Assembly: GCA_029565915.1 (NCBI GenBank)
Contig: JAKQNG010000296.1
Coordinates: 38-64,037 of the forward strand
Direction of reading: 5' to 3'
Length of the DNA: 64,000 bases
Origin: Deltaproteobacteria bacterium
GTDB lineage: Bacteria; Myxococcota_A; Polyangia; JAAYKL01
The position numbers and the translations under genes were made by a program. A model generated the notes under the pieces. The model made no database searches, had not been told where the DNA came from, and saw nothing but the letters and a program-made list of their open reading frames with translations. Every line of letters begins with the position of its first letter. Position 1 is the first letter of the stretch. This document shows, piece by piece, positions 26,752 through 37,340 of the stretch.

Positions 26752-29220
26752 CTAGAGCTCGCTGCCGATGGCGGACTTGATATCGTTGCGGGAGGCCTCC
26801 ACGAATTCCCGCAGGCGCCGCTGCACCCGATCATTGATGCTGTCCCTCTCCCAGCTGCCATCCGCGTTCTTTGCGCCGGCGGGCACACCGGTCAGCACCT
26901 CGATGCCCTCGTCGATGGTGGACACGGCGAAGATGTTGAACTTTCCGGCCCTCACCGCCTCCACCACCTCCGCCCGCAGCATGAGGTTGCGCACGTTGGG
27001 CACGGGAATCAGCACCCCTTCTTCGCCGGTCAGTCCCCGCCGCTCGCACACCTTGAAGATGCCTTCGATCTTTTCGTTCACGCCGCCGATGGGCTGCAGC
27101 TCGCCCAGCTGGTTCACCGAACCCGTCACCGCGATGCCCTGTTTGATGGGGCAGGTGGACAGGGACGAGAGCAGGGCGAACAGCTCCGCGGCGGACGCGG
27201 AATCCCCGTCGATTTCGTCATAGGACTGTTCAAAGGTGACGGATGCCGAAAATCCCAGGGGCTCCTCCTGGGCATAGCGGCCGCCCATGTAGCCGATCAT
27301 GATCAGCGCACCCTTGTCGTGGATGGCGCCCGAGAGCTGGACTTCCCGGTCGATGTTCACCACGCCCCGGCGGCCCACGTAGGTCCGCGCCGTGATGCGG
27401 ACCGGCGTGCCGAAGGCGAACCCTCCCACGTCATAGATGGCGATGCCGTTCAGCTGGCCCACCCGGGCGCCGGCCGTGCGGATGAGGATACCGCCCGAAT
27501 CGATTTCCCGTCCCACGGCCTCGCTGACGGAGCCGTGCATGTATTCCCGCGCGGCGATGGCCTGCTCCACGTCCTGCCGGCGGATGGCCTTTGCTTTTGC
27601 CTTTCGTGCGAAGCGGTTGGCCTCCGCCAGCAGATCCAGGAGCCCCGCCTGCCGCGTGGAGAGCATCTCCCGGCTGCGGGCCTTGCGGGAAGCCGCTTCC
27701 AGCACCCGCGCCACGCCGCCCCGGTGGACGGGCAGATAGCCTTCTTCCTTGCAGACCTGCCCGATGAAGCGGGCCAGCTTGGTCACGTTGGCGCGGTTGT
27801 TGGGCATGGTGGGTTCGAAGTCGGCGAGCACTTTGAACAGGCGGCCGAAATTCTCGTCCTCCGTGTTCAGCAGGTAATACATCTCGTAGTTGCCCACGAG
27901 GACCACCTTCATCTTCAGGGGAATCGTGCCGGGCTTCAGGGCCCCGGCCAGCTTGGGCGCCCCGCTTCCGTGGGGCACGCCTTCGTCGATGCGGATTTCT
28001 TTGTGCCGCAGGGCCCGCTTCAGGCTGTTCCAGGCATTTTCGTGGGAGAGCAGCTCCTGGGCCTGGATGAGCAGGTAGCCGCCGTTGGCCTGGTGCAGGG
28101 CCCCGGGCCGCAGCAGGGTGTGGTCCGTGGAGAGGCCGCCGGGGGTTTCGCGGTATTCGAAGGCACCGCAGAGGGCCGCCGCCGTGGGCATCCGCTCCAC
28201 CACTACCGGTGCGCCGATTTGAGAGGAGCGGTCGACGAATACATTCACCCGGTAGAGGATTTCCGGATTGTCGCTGGCGGGCAGATCCCGGTCCAGAAAA
28301 GGCAGCAGGGCGTCTTCCGGACTCTGGCCGGAACCGGGTGGGCCGGATGGTCCTTCCCGATGGTCGTCCGGGGTGAAGATTTCGTAGTTTTCGATGCAGT
28401 GCTTCTGCACGTTGCGCAGGTAGGCGGTGACTTCGCCGCCGAGGGACCGGTACTGGTCGATCACCTCGCCGATGCGCTCGCCGATGATGGGGGTGATGGC
28501 CCGGATTTCGGCAGCACGCACCCGTTCATCGTGGTCGATTTCGAGCTGTCGCCGGGCATAGGCGAAGGACTCGGCCTTTTCCTGAAACTGGATAATCCGC
28601 TTTTCGATGCGGCGGCGGGTGTTGTCGGGCAGCTTTTCCATGTCCGCTTCCGTGAGCGGCCGGTTCCGGTACAGGGGCATCACGTGCAGAGCGTTTTCAC
28701 TTTCCCGGATGACCAGTCCCAACTCCTTTGCCACCCGGGAGGCCTTGGCCGTCAGGGCATCGGCCCGGGCCTTGGTCTCCGCCACGATGCCCGCGCGGAT
28801 GTGGCCCGAGGCCCCTTCGAGCAGAATGCGGGGAATCATCTTTTTCAGCTCCCGGACGAGGCGTTCCATCTCCCGGGCGAACACCCGTCCGCGGCCCGCG
28901 GGCAGAAGGATGGGCCGGGGGCGGTCGGGGGCGTCGAAATCATGCACGTAGCAGATGTCTTCGGGTACGGGTTCCTGCTGGGCCCGGGTGGCGAGAATGC
29001 GCTTCAGAATCGAGGTCTTGCCAGAGCCCGGATCGCCCACCGCAAAGATGTTGTAGCCCCGGGTGGTGATTTCGAGACCCGTTTCCACCGATTCCATGGC
29101 CCGCTCCTGGCCGATGATGTCGTGGCAGGCGGACAGCTCCGCGGTGGTCCGGAAATCCAGCCAGTCCGATGGAATACTGCCGGAGAGCTGGGCGGGTTTG
29201 AGTCTGTGATTTTTCTTCAT
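26752..29220 (-). CDS. Lon-like ATP-dependent protease (LonB/LonC type)
   Basis: IIGQERA, GDPGSGKT, PGALHQANGG, FEQSY, DGDSAS (Ser), GGVNEKIEG (Lys). Confidence 0.93.
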   Translation of the reverse strand: MKKNHRLKPAQLSGSIPSDWLDFRTTAELSACHDIIGQERAMESVETGLEITTRGYNIFAVGDPGSGKTSILKRILATRAQQEPVPEDICYVHDFDAPDRPRPILLPAGRGRVFAREMERLVRELKKMIPRILLEGASGHIRAGIVAETKARADALTAKASRVAKELGLVIRESENALHVMPLYRNRPLTEADMEKLPDNTRRRIEKRIIQFQEKAESFAYARRQLEIDHDERVRAAEIRAITPIIGERIGEVIDQYRSLGGEVTAYLRNVQKHCIENYEIFTPDDHREGPSGPPGSGQSPEDALLPFLDRDLPASDNPEILYRVNVFVDRSSQIGAPVVVERMPTAAALCGAFEYRETPGGLSTDHTLLRPGALHQANGGYLLIQAQELLSHENAWNSLKRALRHKEIRIDEGVPHGSGAPKLAGALKPGTIPLKMKVVLVGNYEMYYLLNTEDENFGRLFKVLADFEPTMPNNRANVTKLARFIGQVCKEEGYLPVHRGGVARVLEAASRKARSREMLSTRQAGLLDLLAEANRFARKAKAKAIRRQDVEQAIAAREYMHGSVSEAVGREIDSGGILIRTAGARVGQLNGIAIYDVGGFAFGTPVRITARTYVGRRGVVNIDREVQLSGAIHDKGALIMIGYMGGRYAQEEPLGFSASVTFEQSYDEIDGDSASAAELFALLSSLSTCPIKQGIAVTGSVNQLGELQPIGGVNEKIEGIFKVCERRGLTGEEGVLIPVPNVRNLMLRAEVVEAVRAGKFNIFAVSTIDEGIEVLTGVPAGAKNADGSWERDSINDRVQRRLREFVEASRNDIKSAIGSEL

Positions 29221-29404
29221 GGATATTGAAAATCCTTACTGTCGACGGCAACCGTCGGGTTGCGCAAAAAAGCGGACGGGTTGTAGCACAAACAAAAAAA
29301 AGAGGCATCGCGCTTTTGGGGTGCACTTTTTTGGCACAATTTGCCCCTCTGCGGCCGAAAGAGGAGATGGAAACCCCAAAACCCGACTGCCAAGGAGTCC
29401 ATCC

Positions 29405-30638
29405 ATGAAACGAACGATCATTCCATCCCTGCTGTTTGTCGTGTTCTGCGTTCTGCCGTCGATGCGCGCTGATGCGGACGCCGGGCCACCTGCGACCGAT
29501 GGGGCGGACCTGCTGCTGGTTGCCGGCGAACAGCAGATCATCGAAGCGGACGATATTGCCAGCTTTTCGGAAAGCACGGCGGGCGTCATCGAGGTGAAGG
29601 TGCCCAGAAGCGGCCGCCAGCTCGTCGTTACCGCCCTGCGCCCCGGGGACACTTCGCTGCTGCTGCTGCGCCACGACGGCACCTCCCGCCACATCGCCAT
29701 CACCGTGTTCGCCCGGCATCCGGCGGCGATCATCGAGGAGCTGCGCACATTGGTAGCCATTCCGGGCATCACCTACCTGCGCATGGGACCCCGGGTGTTC
29801 ATCGACGGGGAAGTCCGCACGGAAGCGGAGCTCGCCCGGATCGAAAAGGTGAAGGCCCTGTACCCGGGGCAGGTGCAGTCCCTGGTGCAGGTGGGAAATC
29901 CCGTGCGGGCAAGGACGAACATCCGGCTGGACCTGACCTTCATCGAGCTGAGCGCGGCAAAGACCATGGAAGCCGGGGTGCGCTGGCCCGCCGAGCTGGG
30001 GGCCGGAGGGGCCGTGGAGATGAGCTACGACCTGATGACGGGCATGCCGGCGGCGTCTTTCCGGGTGGTGGATCAGGCAGCGCCGTCCCTGGCGGCGGCA
30101 GAGGCGTCCGGTGCGGTGCGGATCCGCAAAAAGGCCTACCTGGTGACGACCAGCGGGAGCCCGGCGAGCTACCACGCGGGGGGGCGAGGTCAACGTGAAG
30201 GTGGCCGGCTCCCAGGCGGCAGAGCTGCGGACCGTGCCCTGGGGCTGCAGCCTGAAGGTGCTGCCGCGGTTGGACCGGGAGGCGGGGGTCATCGATCTCG
30301 AAGTGGAAGCGGAGGTCGCGGACCTGAAAGAGACGGATCAGGATGCTCCCGGGCGGACCATCTCAAAGGTGCAGACCCTGGTCCACCTGGGGCTCGGCCA
30401 GTCCATCGTCCTTTCGGGGCTCGATGCCCGGTCCGAGAGCCGCACGACGTCGGGTGTGCCGTTTCTGTCGCGTATTCCCATTCTGGGCATGCTGTTCGGC
30501 GTCCACCGCAAACGGGAGGACACGGTGAACGGACTGGTGGCCATCACGCCCGTGGTGCTCGATCACCCGGACCGGGACAGCCGCCGCCTCATCGATGCGG
30601 CCCTCGAAAAGTTCAATCGCTGGAAGGGAAAGAATTGA
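29405..30638 (+). pseudogene. CpaC/RcpA-like pilus secretin, frameshifted at G7 run 30178-30184
   Basis: Signal peptide, N-terminal pilus-formation domain, ASYHAGG|EV junction, GQSIVLSGL, GVPFLSRIPILGMLF, ITP; may be a sequencing error. Confidence 0.8.
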
Positions 30639-30745
30639 TGTGACACTGCCCCCGTCCACCGGCTCCGGATATCCTTGGACACCGGGCGCACTTCTGGTAG
30701 CGTTCCGCACGTTGATCGCACCCTTGCGTTTCAGAGGAAATCCGC

Positions 30746-31300
30746 ATGACATCCGCTCTTGTACCCATCGCCGACGGTTTTGAAGAAATCGAAGCATTGA
30801 CCATTGTCGATGTGCTGCGACGGGCCGGTGTGGCCGTCACGGTGGCCTCCCTGTCCGGTGGACCGGTCAGAGGGCGCTCGGCGGTCACGGTGACCCCCGA
30901 TGCCGGACTTGACGAGGCATTGCGGCGCGGTCCCGTTGACCTGATTGTACTGCCGGGGGGCATGTCCAACGCTGCTCATCTGCGGGACGACCCGCGGGTG
31001 GTGAACGCCGTTCGCCTGGCCCATGCAGATGGCCGTGTGGTAGCTGCCATCTGCGCCGCACCCATGGTCCTCGAAAAAGCCGGTCTGTTGCACGGCGTCG
31101 ACGCCACCATCTATCCCGGCATGGAGAGTGAAATTCCCTCCTCCCGCATTGTTGAAAAAGATGTGGTGGAGGCTGGCTCCATCATCACCGGTCGCGGTCC
31201 CGCGGCAGCCATGGCATTCGCCCTCACCCTGGTCCGCGTCCTGTGCGGACCGGAAACGTCGCGGCAGGTGGCGAAGGCACTCCTCGCCGCCGGGCGATAG
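30746..31300 (+). CDS. DJ-1/PfpI family protein (YajL/ThiJ-like)
   Basis: GFEEIEA, LPGG, AAICAAP, TGRGP. Confidence 0.93.
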   Translation: MTSALVPIADGFEEIEALTIVDVLRRAGVAVTVASLSGGPVRGRSAVTVTPDAGLDEALRRGPVDLIVLPGGMSNAAHLRDDPRVVNAVRLAHADGRVVAAICAAPMVLEKAGLLHGVDATIYPGMESEIPSSRIVEKDVVEAGSIITGRGPAAAMAFALTLVRVLCGPETSRQVAKALLAAGR

Positions 31301-31310
31301 CGCTTTTTTC

Positions 31311-32996
31311 ATGCTGCGGGAACTGCAGATCCGCAATCTGGTGCTCATCGAAGACGCGAGCCTGACGTTCTCGCCTCGATTCAACGTTCTCACGGGCGAA
31401 ACCGGCGCCGGAAAATCCCTCATCGCCACATCCCTTGATTTGTTGCTGGGAGACCGCGCCACCAGCGCCCTCGTGCGGAAGGAAGCAAGGGAAGCGGAAG
31501 TGGAAGGCATCTTCGATATCGGCGACGAGCCCCTTGTCCGCGCCGCCCTCGAAGAAGCCGGCCTGCCCGTAGACGACGAACTGCTCATCCGGCGGATCAT
31601 CCCGGCGGACGGGCGGCACCGATGCTTCATCAACGGCCGGGTCGCCTCCCTCGGCGTACTGGGCACCCTCGCCGCGGGCCTCGCCACATCCATGAGCCAG
31701 CACGCCCACCAGGAGCTGTTCGAGCCCGAACGCCAGCTGGCGCTCCTCGACGGATTTGCAGGAAGCGGCACCCTCCTCGAAAAGGTCAGCGCATTGTTCG
31801 GCACTCTGCAGCGGCAACAGGACGATCTGTCGCAGCTCCTGTCACAGGATCGGGACAGGGCGGCCCGGATGGACTATCTCGCTTATCAACTCGACGAATT
31901 CGATCGCGTCTCGCCGCAGGACGGCGAAATGGCGTTACTTGAAAAGGAACTCTCTGTTCTGCGCCACCAGACGACGCTCCTCGAAGGGACCAATGCCTGT
32001 GCCGGCGAACTCTACGAAACGGACGGCTCCATCTTTGAGCGGCTGGGAAACCTGTCGAAATCGCTGCAGCAACTCACCCGGTTCGATCCGTCCCTGGAAG
32101 ACGATGCACGCCAGCTGCAGGAGGCCTCCATCCTGGTGGAGGAGGCTGCCCGTTCCATCGGCCGGTACAGCCGCCGACTGGAGGCGGACCCCGCGCGACT
32201 CGAAACGCTGGAAGAGCGGAGAGACACGCTGGTGCGGCTGGCGCGCAAGCACGGCGTCGACGCCGATGAACTGGCTGCGAAGGCTGCGGCCCTGCGCCAC
32301 GAGCTGGCATCCCTGCAGACCTTCGAAGATGCGGCGAAGTCCCTGCAGGCGGGACTGGATAAGGCCCGTGCCGATGCGCTGGCGGCTGCACAGGAGTTGA
32401 GCCGGACGCGACACCAGGCCGCCGGGAAATTCTCTGCCGCCGTCACGGGGGAACTCACCGCTTTGTCCTTTGACCGGGCCGCGTTTCACGCGGACATCAC
32501 CACGGACGATTCGCTCCTTCGTTCCACCGGCATCGATCGGGTCGAGTTCACGGTGGAGCTGAATCCGGGCGAAGGCGCCCATCCACTTCGGAAAGTGGCC
32601 TCCGGCGGCGAACTCTCCCGCATGATGCTGGCCCTGAAGAAAACGGCGGCCGGCGTGGGGCCGGTGGGAACGTACGTATTCGACGAGGTGGATGCGGGCA
32701 TCGGCGGCAACACGGCCCGGGCGGTGGCGGCCAGTCTCGCCGATGTAGCGGCCCATCACCAGCTCATCTGCATCACCCATCTGGCGCCCATCGCAGCGCG
32801 GGCAGATGCCCACTTTCACATCCGCAAGGAGCAGGAAGACGGCCGGACTGTCACTCGCGTTACGCCCCTCACCGAAGCGCAACGGGTCGAAGAAATTGCC
32901 CGCATGCTGGGCGGCAGCGCCGATGCCGGCATGGTGTCGGCGGCAAAGGAACTGCTGAAGGCCGGTCGACTACCCAAAAAGAGAGGTGCCCCATGA
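31311..32996 (+). CDS. recN: DNA repair protein RecN
   Basis: LTGETGAGKS, ASGGELSR, FDEVDAGIGG, CITHL, EEIARML. Confidence 0.96.
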   Translation: MLRELQIRNLVLIEDASLTFSPRFNVLTGETGAGKSLIATSLDLLLGDRATSALVRKEAREAEVEGIFDIGDEPLVRAALEEAGLPVDDELLIRRIIPADGRHRCFINGRVASLGVLGTLAAGLATSMSQHAHQELFEPERQLALLDGFAGSGTLLEKVSALFGTLQRQQDDLSQLLSQDRDRAARMDYLAYQLDEFDRVSPQDGEMALLEKELSVLRHQTTLLEGTNACAGELYETDGSIFERLGNLSKSLQQLTRFDPSLEDDARQLQEASILVEEAARSIGRYSRRLEADPARLETLEERRDTLVRLARKHGVDADELAAKAAALRHELASLQTFEDAAKSLQAGLDKARADALAAAQELSRTRHQAAGKFSAAVTGELTALSFDRAAFHADITTDDSLLRSTGIDRVEFTVELNPGEGAHPLRKVASGGELSRMMLALKKTAAGVGPVGTYVFDEVDAGIGGNTARAVAASLADVAAHHQLICITHLAPIAARADAHFHIRKEQEDGRTVTRVTPLTEAQRVEEIARMLGGSADAGMVSAAKELLKAGRLPKKRGAP

Positions 32997-33478
32997 CCAT
33001 GCACTGGAAAGTGCGACGGGAGTTTCTCTCCCGCGTGGAGATATTCAGTGACCTGAGCAGCGGCGATCTGAAGGCCGTGGCCAAATCGTGTTCGGAGAGC
33101 GAATTCGCGGACGGCCAGTTTCTGTGTCGTCAGGGAGATCGCGGCGTGGCAGCGTTCCTCATCGTGTCAGGTCGGGTGGACGTGGTGGAGGAATTCGCGG
33201 ACGGCACCTCGATGGTCATTGCCACCCTCGGGCAGGGCGCCTTCGTGGGGGAACTGTCCATCATCGACGGTGCGGCGCGGGTGGCGTCCATCCGGGCCAA
33301 CGGCGATGTGAATGTCCTGGTGCTCACCCAGTGGGCCATGCTGGGGCTGATGAAGAGCAAGCCCTCCATCGCGGCGGCCATGTTGCCCGTCATTGTCAAG
33401 CGCTTCCGCCAGACAACGGACGAATTGCGCCGCCACAACGCCCAGTCCGACGAAGGCCGCAAATCCATTTACGGGTAA
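32993..33478 (+). CDS. cyclic nucleotide-binding domain protein
   Basis: QGDRG..IVSGRV..FVGELS..RVAS phosphate-binding cassette; no HTH. Confidence 0.88.
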   Translation: MTMHWKVRREFLSRVEIFSDLSSGDLKAVAKSCSESEFADGQFLCRQGDRGVAAFLIVSGRVDVVEEFADGTSMVIATLGQGAFVGELSIIDGAARVASIRANGDVNVLVLTQWAMLGLMKSKPSIAAAMLPVIVKRFRQTTDELRRHNAQSDEGRKSIYG

Positions 33479-33514
33479 AATCTTCGGCGGCGTGCCACGA
33501 CCCCGAATGTCCGG

Positions 33515-34639
33515 TCAATCCCAGGGAAAGCGACAGGCGAGCTGCCAGCGGTTGCGCAGCTCCGTCATTTCCTTCTGCAGCACCGGCGGAACCGGGCATC
33601 CGTGAACCCGGCGGAACCGCCACGCCTCATATTCCTTCTCGCCCGCCGTGTAGATCCGTTCCTCGCCGTCCGCCTTCTTCGAATGGCGCAGATCGCGCAT
33701 GATCTGGCCGGCAATCCGCGCAAACAGGTTGAGGCCGAGAAAATGGTCGATGTCGATGGCGATGAAAAAATGGCCCAGGGGATAGGACACTTTCTGTCCA
33801 TCTGCCGCAAACCCGTTGAGGGCTTTCAGAAACGCGCCGCCCTGCAGGGCCGCAGACAGGACCTCCACAACCGTGGCATATCCGTACCCTTTGTACCCGC
33901 CCCCATCTTCGCCCATTCCACCCAGGGGAGTCAGGGCTGCCCGGCCCTTTGTCAGGTCGACGAGGACCTGTTTTGTGTCGGTGCGGCTTTCGCCGTTTTC
34001 GCCGATGACCCATCCGGCGGGCAGGGGTTTGCCGGCGCGTCCGTACACCTCGATTTTGCCGCGCTGGGTAACGGACGTGGCGCAATCGATGAGAAATTCG
34101 AACTCTTCGTCGGTGGGAAACCCGATGGTCAGCGGGTTGGTGCCCAGCATGTTTTCAACGCCGAATGTGGGCGCAATGGAAGGACGCGCGTTGGTGCCGG
34201 TGATGCCGATCATTCCTTCCCTGATGGCCATCAGGCTGTAGTAGCCCGCAATGCCGTAATGGGTGGAGTTCCGCACGGCGGTCATCCCCATGCCCAGGGC
34301 CCTTGCCTTTTCGATGGCCATTTCCATGGCCCGTCTGGCAACCACGTGACCCATGCCGTTGTTGCCGTCGAGCACCGCCGTCGTGGGGGTTTCCTTTATC
34401 ACATCGATTTTCGTGACGGGGTTCAGGATGCCCGCGTCGATGCGGTCGATGTAAATCGGTTTGAACCGGCCGATGCCGTGGGAATCGATGCCCCGCTTGT
34501 CCGACGTGATGAGCACGTCCGCGCAGATTTCCGCATCCCCGGGCGGCACCCCGGCCGCGCGGAATCCGTCCGCCATGAACTGCTCCAGCAGGTCGAAATC
34601 AAGCCAGGCGCAGTCCGCATACTGATTGCTGTCATTCAT
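33515..34639 (-). CDS. Ldh_2 family (type 2 malate/L-lactate dehydrogenase-like) oxidoreductase
   Basis: RGIDSHG, NSTHYGIAG, LGTNP, DCATS, GYKGYG. Confidence 0.92.
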   Translation of the reverse strand: MNDSNQYADCAWLDFDLLEQFMADGFRAAGVPPGDAEICADVLITSDKRGIDSHGIGRFKPIYIDRIDAGILNPVTKIDVIKETPTTAVLDGNNGMGHVVARRAMEMAIEKARALGMGMTAVRNSTHYGIAGYYSLMAIREGMIGITGTNARPSIAPTFGVENMLGTNPLTIGFPTDEEFEFLIDCATSVTQRGKIEVYGRAGKPLPAGWVIGENGESRTDTKQVLVDLTKGRAALTPLGGMGEDGGGYKGYGYATVVEVLSAALQGGAFLKALNGFAADGQKVSYPLGHFFIAIDIDHFLGLNLFARIAGQIMRDLRHSKKADGEERIYTAGEKEYEAWRFRRVHGCPVPPVLQKEMTELRNRWQLACRFPWD

Positions 34640-34656
34640 ATCCGCAACTCCTTGCT

Positions 34657-36009
34657 TTATCTGTCCAGGGACTGCGGGAGGCTCTTCACGCAGACAATGC
34701 GACAGGTGTCATTCTTGCTTTCGTACGTCATCAACTGGCCGTCGGAAAAATGGATGGTAACTCCTTCCGCGTCCACCGGATCGGAAGTGGCGGTCCAATA
34801 GCAGGTGTTCCGGAAACCGGGAAACACCGTTTCGTTTACCGCCGGTTGAAGAAATCGAGTATCTACGATGCTGCGCAACTCCGTGGCGTTGGGCAGGCGC
34901 CAGTTGGTCGTTCCGTTCCACACCAGCCCTTCGCAGTAGTCCAGTCCCTGGCTCCACGATCGCGATATGGTTGTTCCGCTGGTGCATGCCGAGCCGGTGA
35001 GACCGGCAGTGCACCCCTGCCAGACCAATGATGTGATCTGATCGGTAACTTCCGGATTTGTTGAGGAGGTTCTCGAAAAGCGTTCGGTTGGGGCAACGCC
35101 GCCGCGCACGCATCGCACCCGGGCGCTTTCCGTGTGGCGCAGGACATTCACTGCCGGCCGACTGAACTGGACGATCCATCCATCGCGGGCATCGTCCACC
35201 GCTGATGTGGACGTCCAGAACCGATCCGGCGGCGTGGCGGGAAACGCCGTTGGTGCAATGGACGGCGCTGTTTGGTCGAAATCGACGATGGAAACAAGGG
35301 CATGGTCGTCCGGCAGGCGCCAGTCCGTGTCTCCGGCCCAGTCGAGCGCCTCACAGAGCGCCAGGGCGTCAAACCAGTTCATGGACGTTGCCGTACCGTT
35401 TTCGCAGGAATTTCCCGACAGACCCGCCGCACAGCCCTGCCACACGAGACCGGTGACCATGTCCGTCACAGTGGGTTCCTCCGACGCGTCTGTGTCACGG
35501 ACAAATCGTTCGTCGGCGGTATGCAGAACATCCCAACCGTACTGGGCATCCTGGCCGTATGCAAATTCGGCGAGCGCAGGACACGTGATGGTGGTCATCA
35601 GGTTCCAGCAGGACCGCTGATTCGTGTCCGGCAGGGGAAACAGCGGTCCGGGCACGTTGCAGGAGGCATCTCCGCAGCCCGGGGATACACAGATTTGATT
35701 GACGCAGATATCCCATGAACGATCCGGAAGAGTGTCGATGACGCAGGAAAAGCCATCCGCGCGATCCCGGCACTGGGTGTCTGAGTCCGCGTCTGTATCA
35801 CTGTGTGTTTCCGTATCTTCCGGCAGGGTTGTGTCCGTTTCCGGGTCCGGATCCGTCGCCGTTTCCGTATCATTTCCAGTGTGGGTATCGGCGGAGGTGG
35901 ATGTGGCCGTATCGAATGATCGGGCGTCCGGCAGAGTCAAATCACCACAGCCCGTGGCAAGACAGAAATAGAAAGCAATGAAAAATGCAGGTCGTCCCTT
36001 TTTCATCAC
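34657..36009 (-). CDS. DUF1566 (Lcl C-terminal) tandem-domain lipoprotein
   Basis: LATGC lipobox, DT linker, two copies of D..TGLVWQ..WRLP..FWTS..RCVR. Confidence 0.88.
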   Translation of the reverse strand: MMKKGRPAFFIAFYFCLATGCGDLTLPDARSFDTATSTSADTHTGNDTETATDPDPETDTTLPEDTETHSDTDADSDTQCRDRADGFSCVIDTLPDRSWDICVNQICVSPGCGDASCNVPGPLFPLPDTNQRSCWNLMTTITCPALAEFAYGQDAQYGWDVLHTADERFVRDTDASEEPTVTDMVTGLVWQGCAAGLSGNSCENGTATSMNWFDALALCEALDWAGDTDWRLPDDHALVSIVDFDQTAPSIAPTAFPATPPDRFWTSTSAVDDARDGWIVQFSRPAVNVLRHTESARVRCVRGGVAPTERFSRTSSTNPEVTDQITSLVWQGCTAGLTGSACTSGTTISRSWSQGLDYCEGLVWNGTTNWRLPNATELRSIVDTRFLQPAVNETVFPGFRNTCYWTATSDPVDAEGVTIHFSDGQLMTYESKNDTCRIVCVKSLPQSLDR

Positions 36010-37340
36010 AGGTCATCCCGGACGCAGCGGATGGCCCCGTCGGCGGACTTGTCCCGCAGGGTCCGATGCCCGGAGGAAAAGTCCACAATCCACCCTTCTT
36101 CATACGGAAAAAGAGCGCGCGCCGTGGAGGTCCAGAAGGGCAACGGCGGGGTCTGTGGAAACAGGTCCGACTGAATGGACGGATCGTTGAAGCGGTAATC
36201 CACAATGCTCGCCAGCTCCACTGCATCAGGCAGTCGCCAGTCCGTATGTCCCGCGAAGTCGAGCGTTGCGCAATACAGGAGCGCCCCTTCCCAGTTGGCT
36301 TCCAGAATCGTTCCCTGTGCGCAGTCCTCCGCCGCGAGGCCCGCCGCACATCCCTGCCAGGTGAGCTGATTGGTGCTGTCCGTGACGATTCGTTCTCCGG
36401 ACACATTGGAACCTGTGAGGGTGCGCCCGGACGTCGGCATGCTCCGGACGCAGACGGCATACACGTCGTAGTAGGTATTGGATTTGGCCAGGGGCACGAC
36501 ATGGCCGTACTGGAAATTCACGGTCCATGCAAAGTCCGATTGGCCCGACTGAGTGGTGGAGGTCCAGAAGCGGTCGGCCCGGAACGTGGTGAATACATAT
36601 GCCGCATCAAACATGTACACATAGGAAGGCCTGCCCAGATTGACAATGGACATGAGCTCGTACACATCGGGCAGGCGCCAGTCGTTGTATCCGGCGTGAT
36701 ACAGATCACTGCAACGGTTGCGCGCATCTTCCCAGAATACCCAGGGTTCATACCAGATGCCGGTAGTCTGCCACATGAGCCCGGTTACCAGATCCGTCAC
36801 CGTGGCAGGAGCGGCCGTTTCCGTATCGCCTGTGTCCGTGTCCACAGGAAACCGCTGGTCGATGGTGTGAGTCACATCCCAACCATGCTGCGCATCCTGA
36901 CCGGCAAATGGGCTGTCGTCCAGCGGGCAGGAAATGGATTCCACATCGCTGTAACAGACTCGCATGTACGTGTCGGCCAGCGGAAAGTGAGGTCCGGGCG
37001 GATTGCACGAAGCGTCGTCGCATCCCGGCGACACACAGTGGCCATCCACGCATATGTCGAGGGGATATTCCGGCGTCGTTGTCAGCGCGCAGGGCGAAAA
37101 ATCCGCGAGTCCCCGGCACTGGGTATCCGTTTCCGTATCGTCCTGCGTCGCCGTATCCATCCCGGTGTCGCTCTGCGTGTCCGTGCTGTCCTGCGTCGCC
37201 GTGTCTGTTTCCGTGTCATCCGTGTTCGAAACGTTCGTATCATCCGTCGAGGTGTCCGTATCAAAGGCTTGCGCGTCCGGCAGGTGCAAATCGGCGCAAC
37301 CACATACAATCACCATCAGGACAAAATGAATGCGCATCAT
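36006..37340 (-). CDS. DUF1566 tandem-domain lipoprotein
   Basis: VCGC lipobox, DT linker, TGLMWQ, DWRLPD, FWTS, RCVR. Confidence 0.88.
   Translation of the reverse strand: MMRIHFVLMVIVCGCADLHLPDAQAFDTDTSTDDTNVSNTDDTETDTATQDSTDTQSDTGMDTATQDDTETDTQCRGLADFSPCALTTTPEYPLDICVDGHCVSPGCDDASCNPPGPHFPLADTYMRVCYSDVESISCPLDDSPFAGQDAQHGWDVTHTIDQRFPVDTDTGDTETAAPATVTDLVTGLMWQTTGIWYEPWVFWEDARNRCSDLYHAGYNDWRLPDVYELMSIVNLGRPSYVYMFDAAYVFTTFRADRFWTSTTQSGQSDFAWTVNFQYGHVVPLAKSNTYYDVYAVCVRSMPTSGRTLTGSNVSGERIVTDSTNQLTWQGCAAGLAAEDCAQGTILEANWEGALLYCATLDFAGHTDWRLPDAVELASIVDYRFNDPSIQSDLFPQTPPLPFWTSTARALFPYEEGWIVDFSSGHRTLRDKSADGAIRCVRDDL

Noticed and set aside
26731-29229. Long antisense ORFs (also 47658-50120, 59896-61746, 42437-44548)
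   Set aside because: Shadows of well-supported genes on the opposite strand, expected in GC-rich DNA
29221-29404. Hairpins and TGGCAC..TTGC motif upstream of the secretin (riboswitch or sigma-54 site)
   Set aside because: GG-GC spacing is 8 rather than 10, and the match to the c-di-GMP riboswitch consensus is poor
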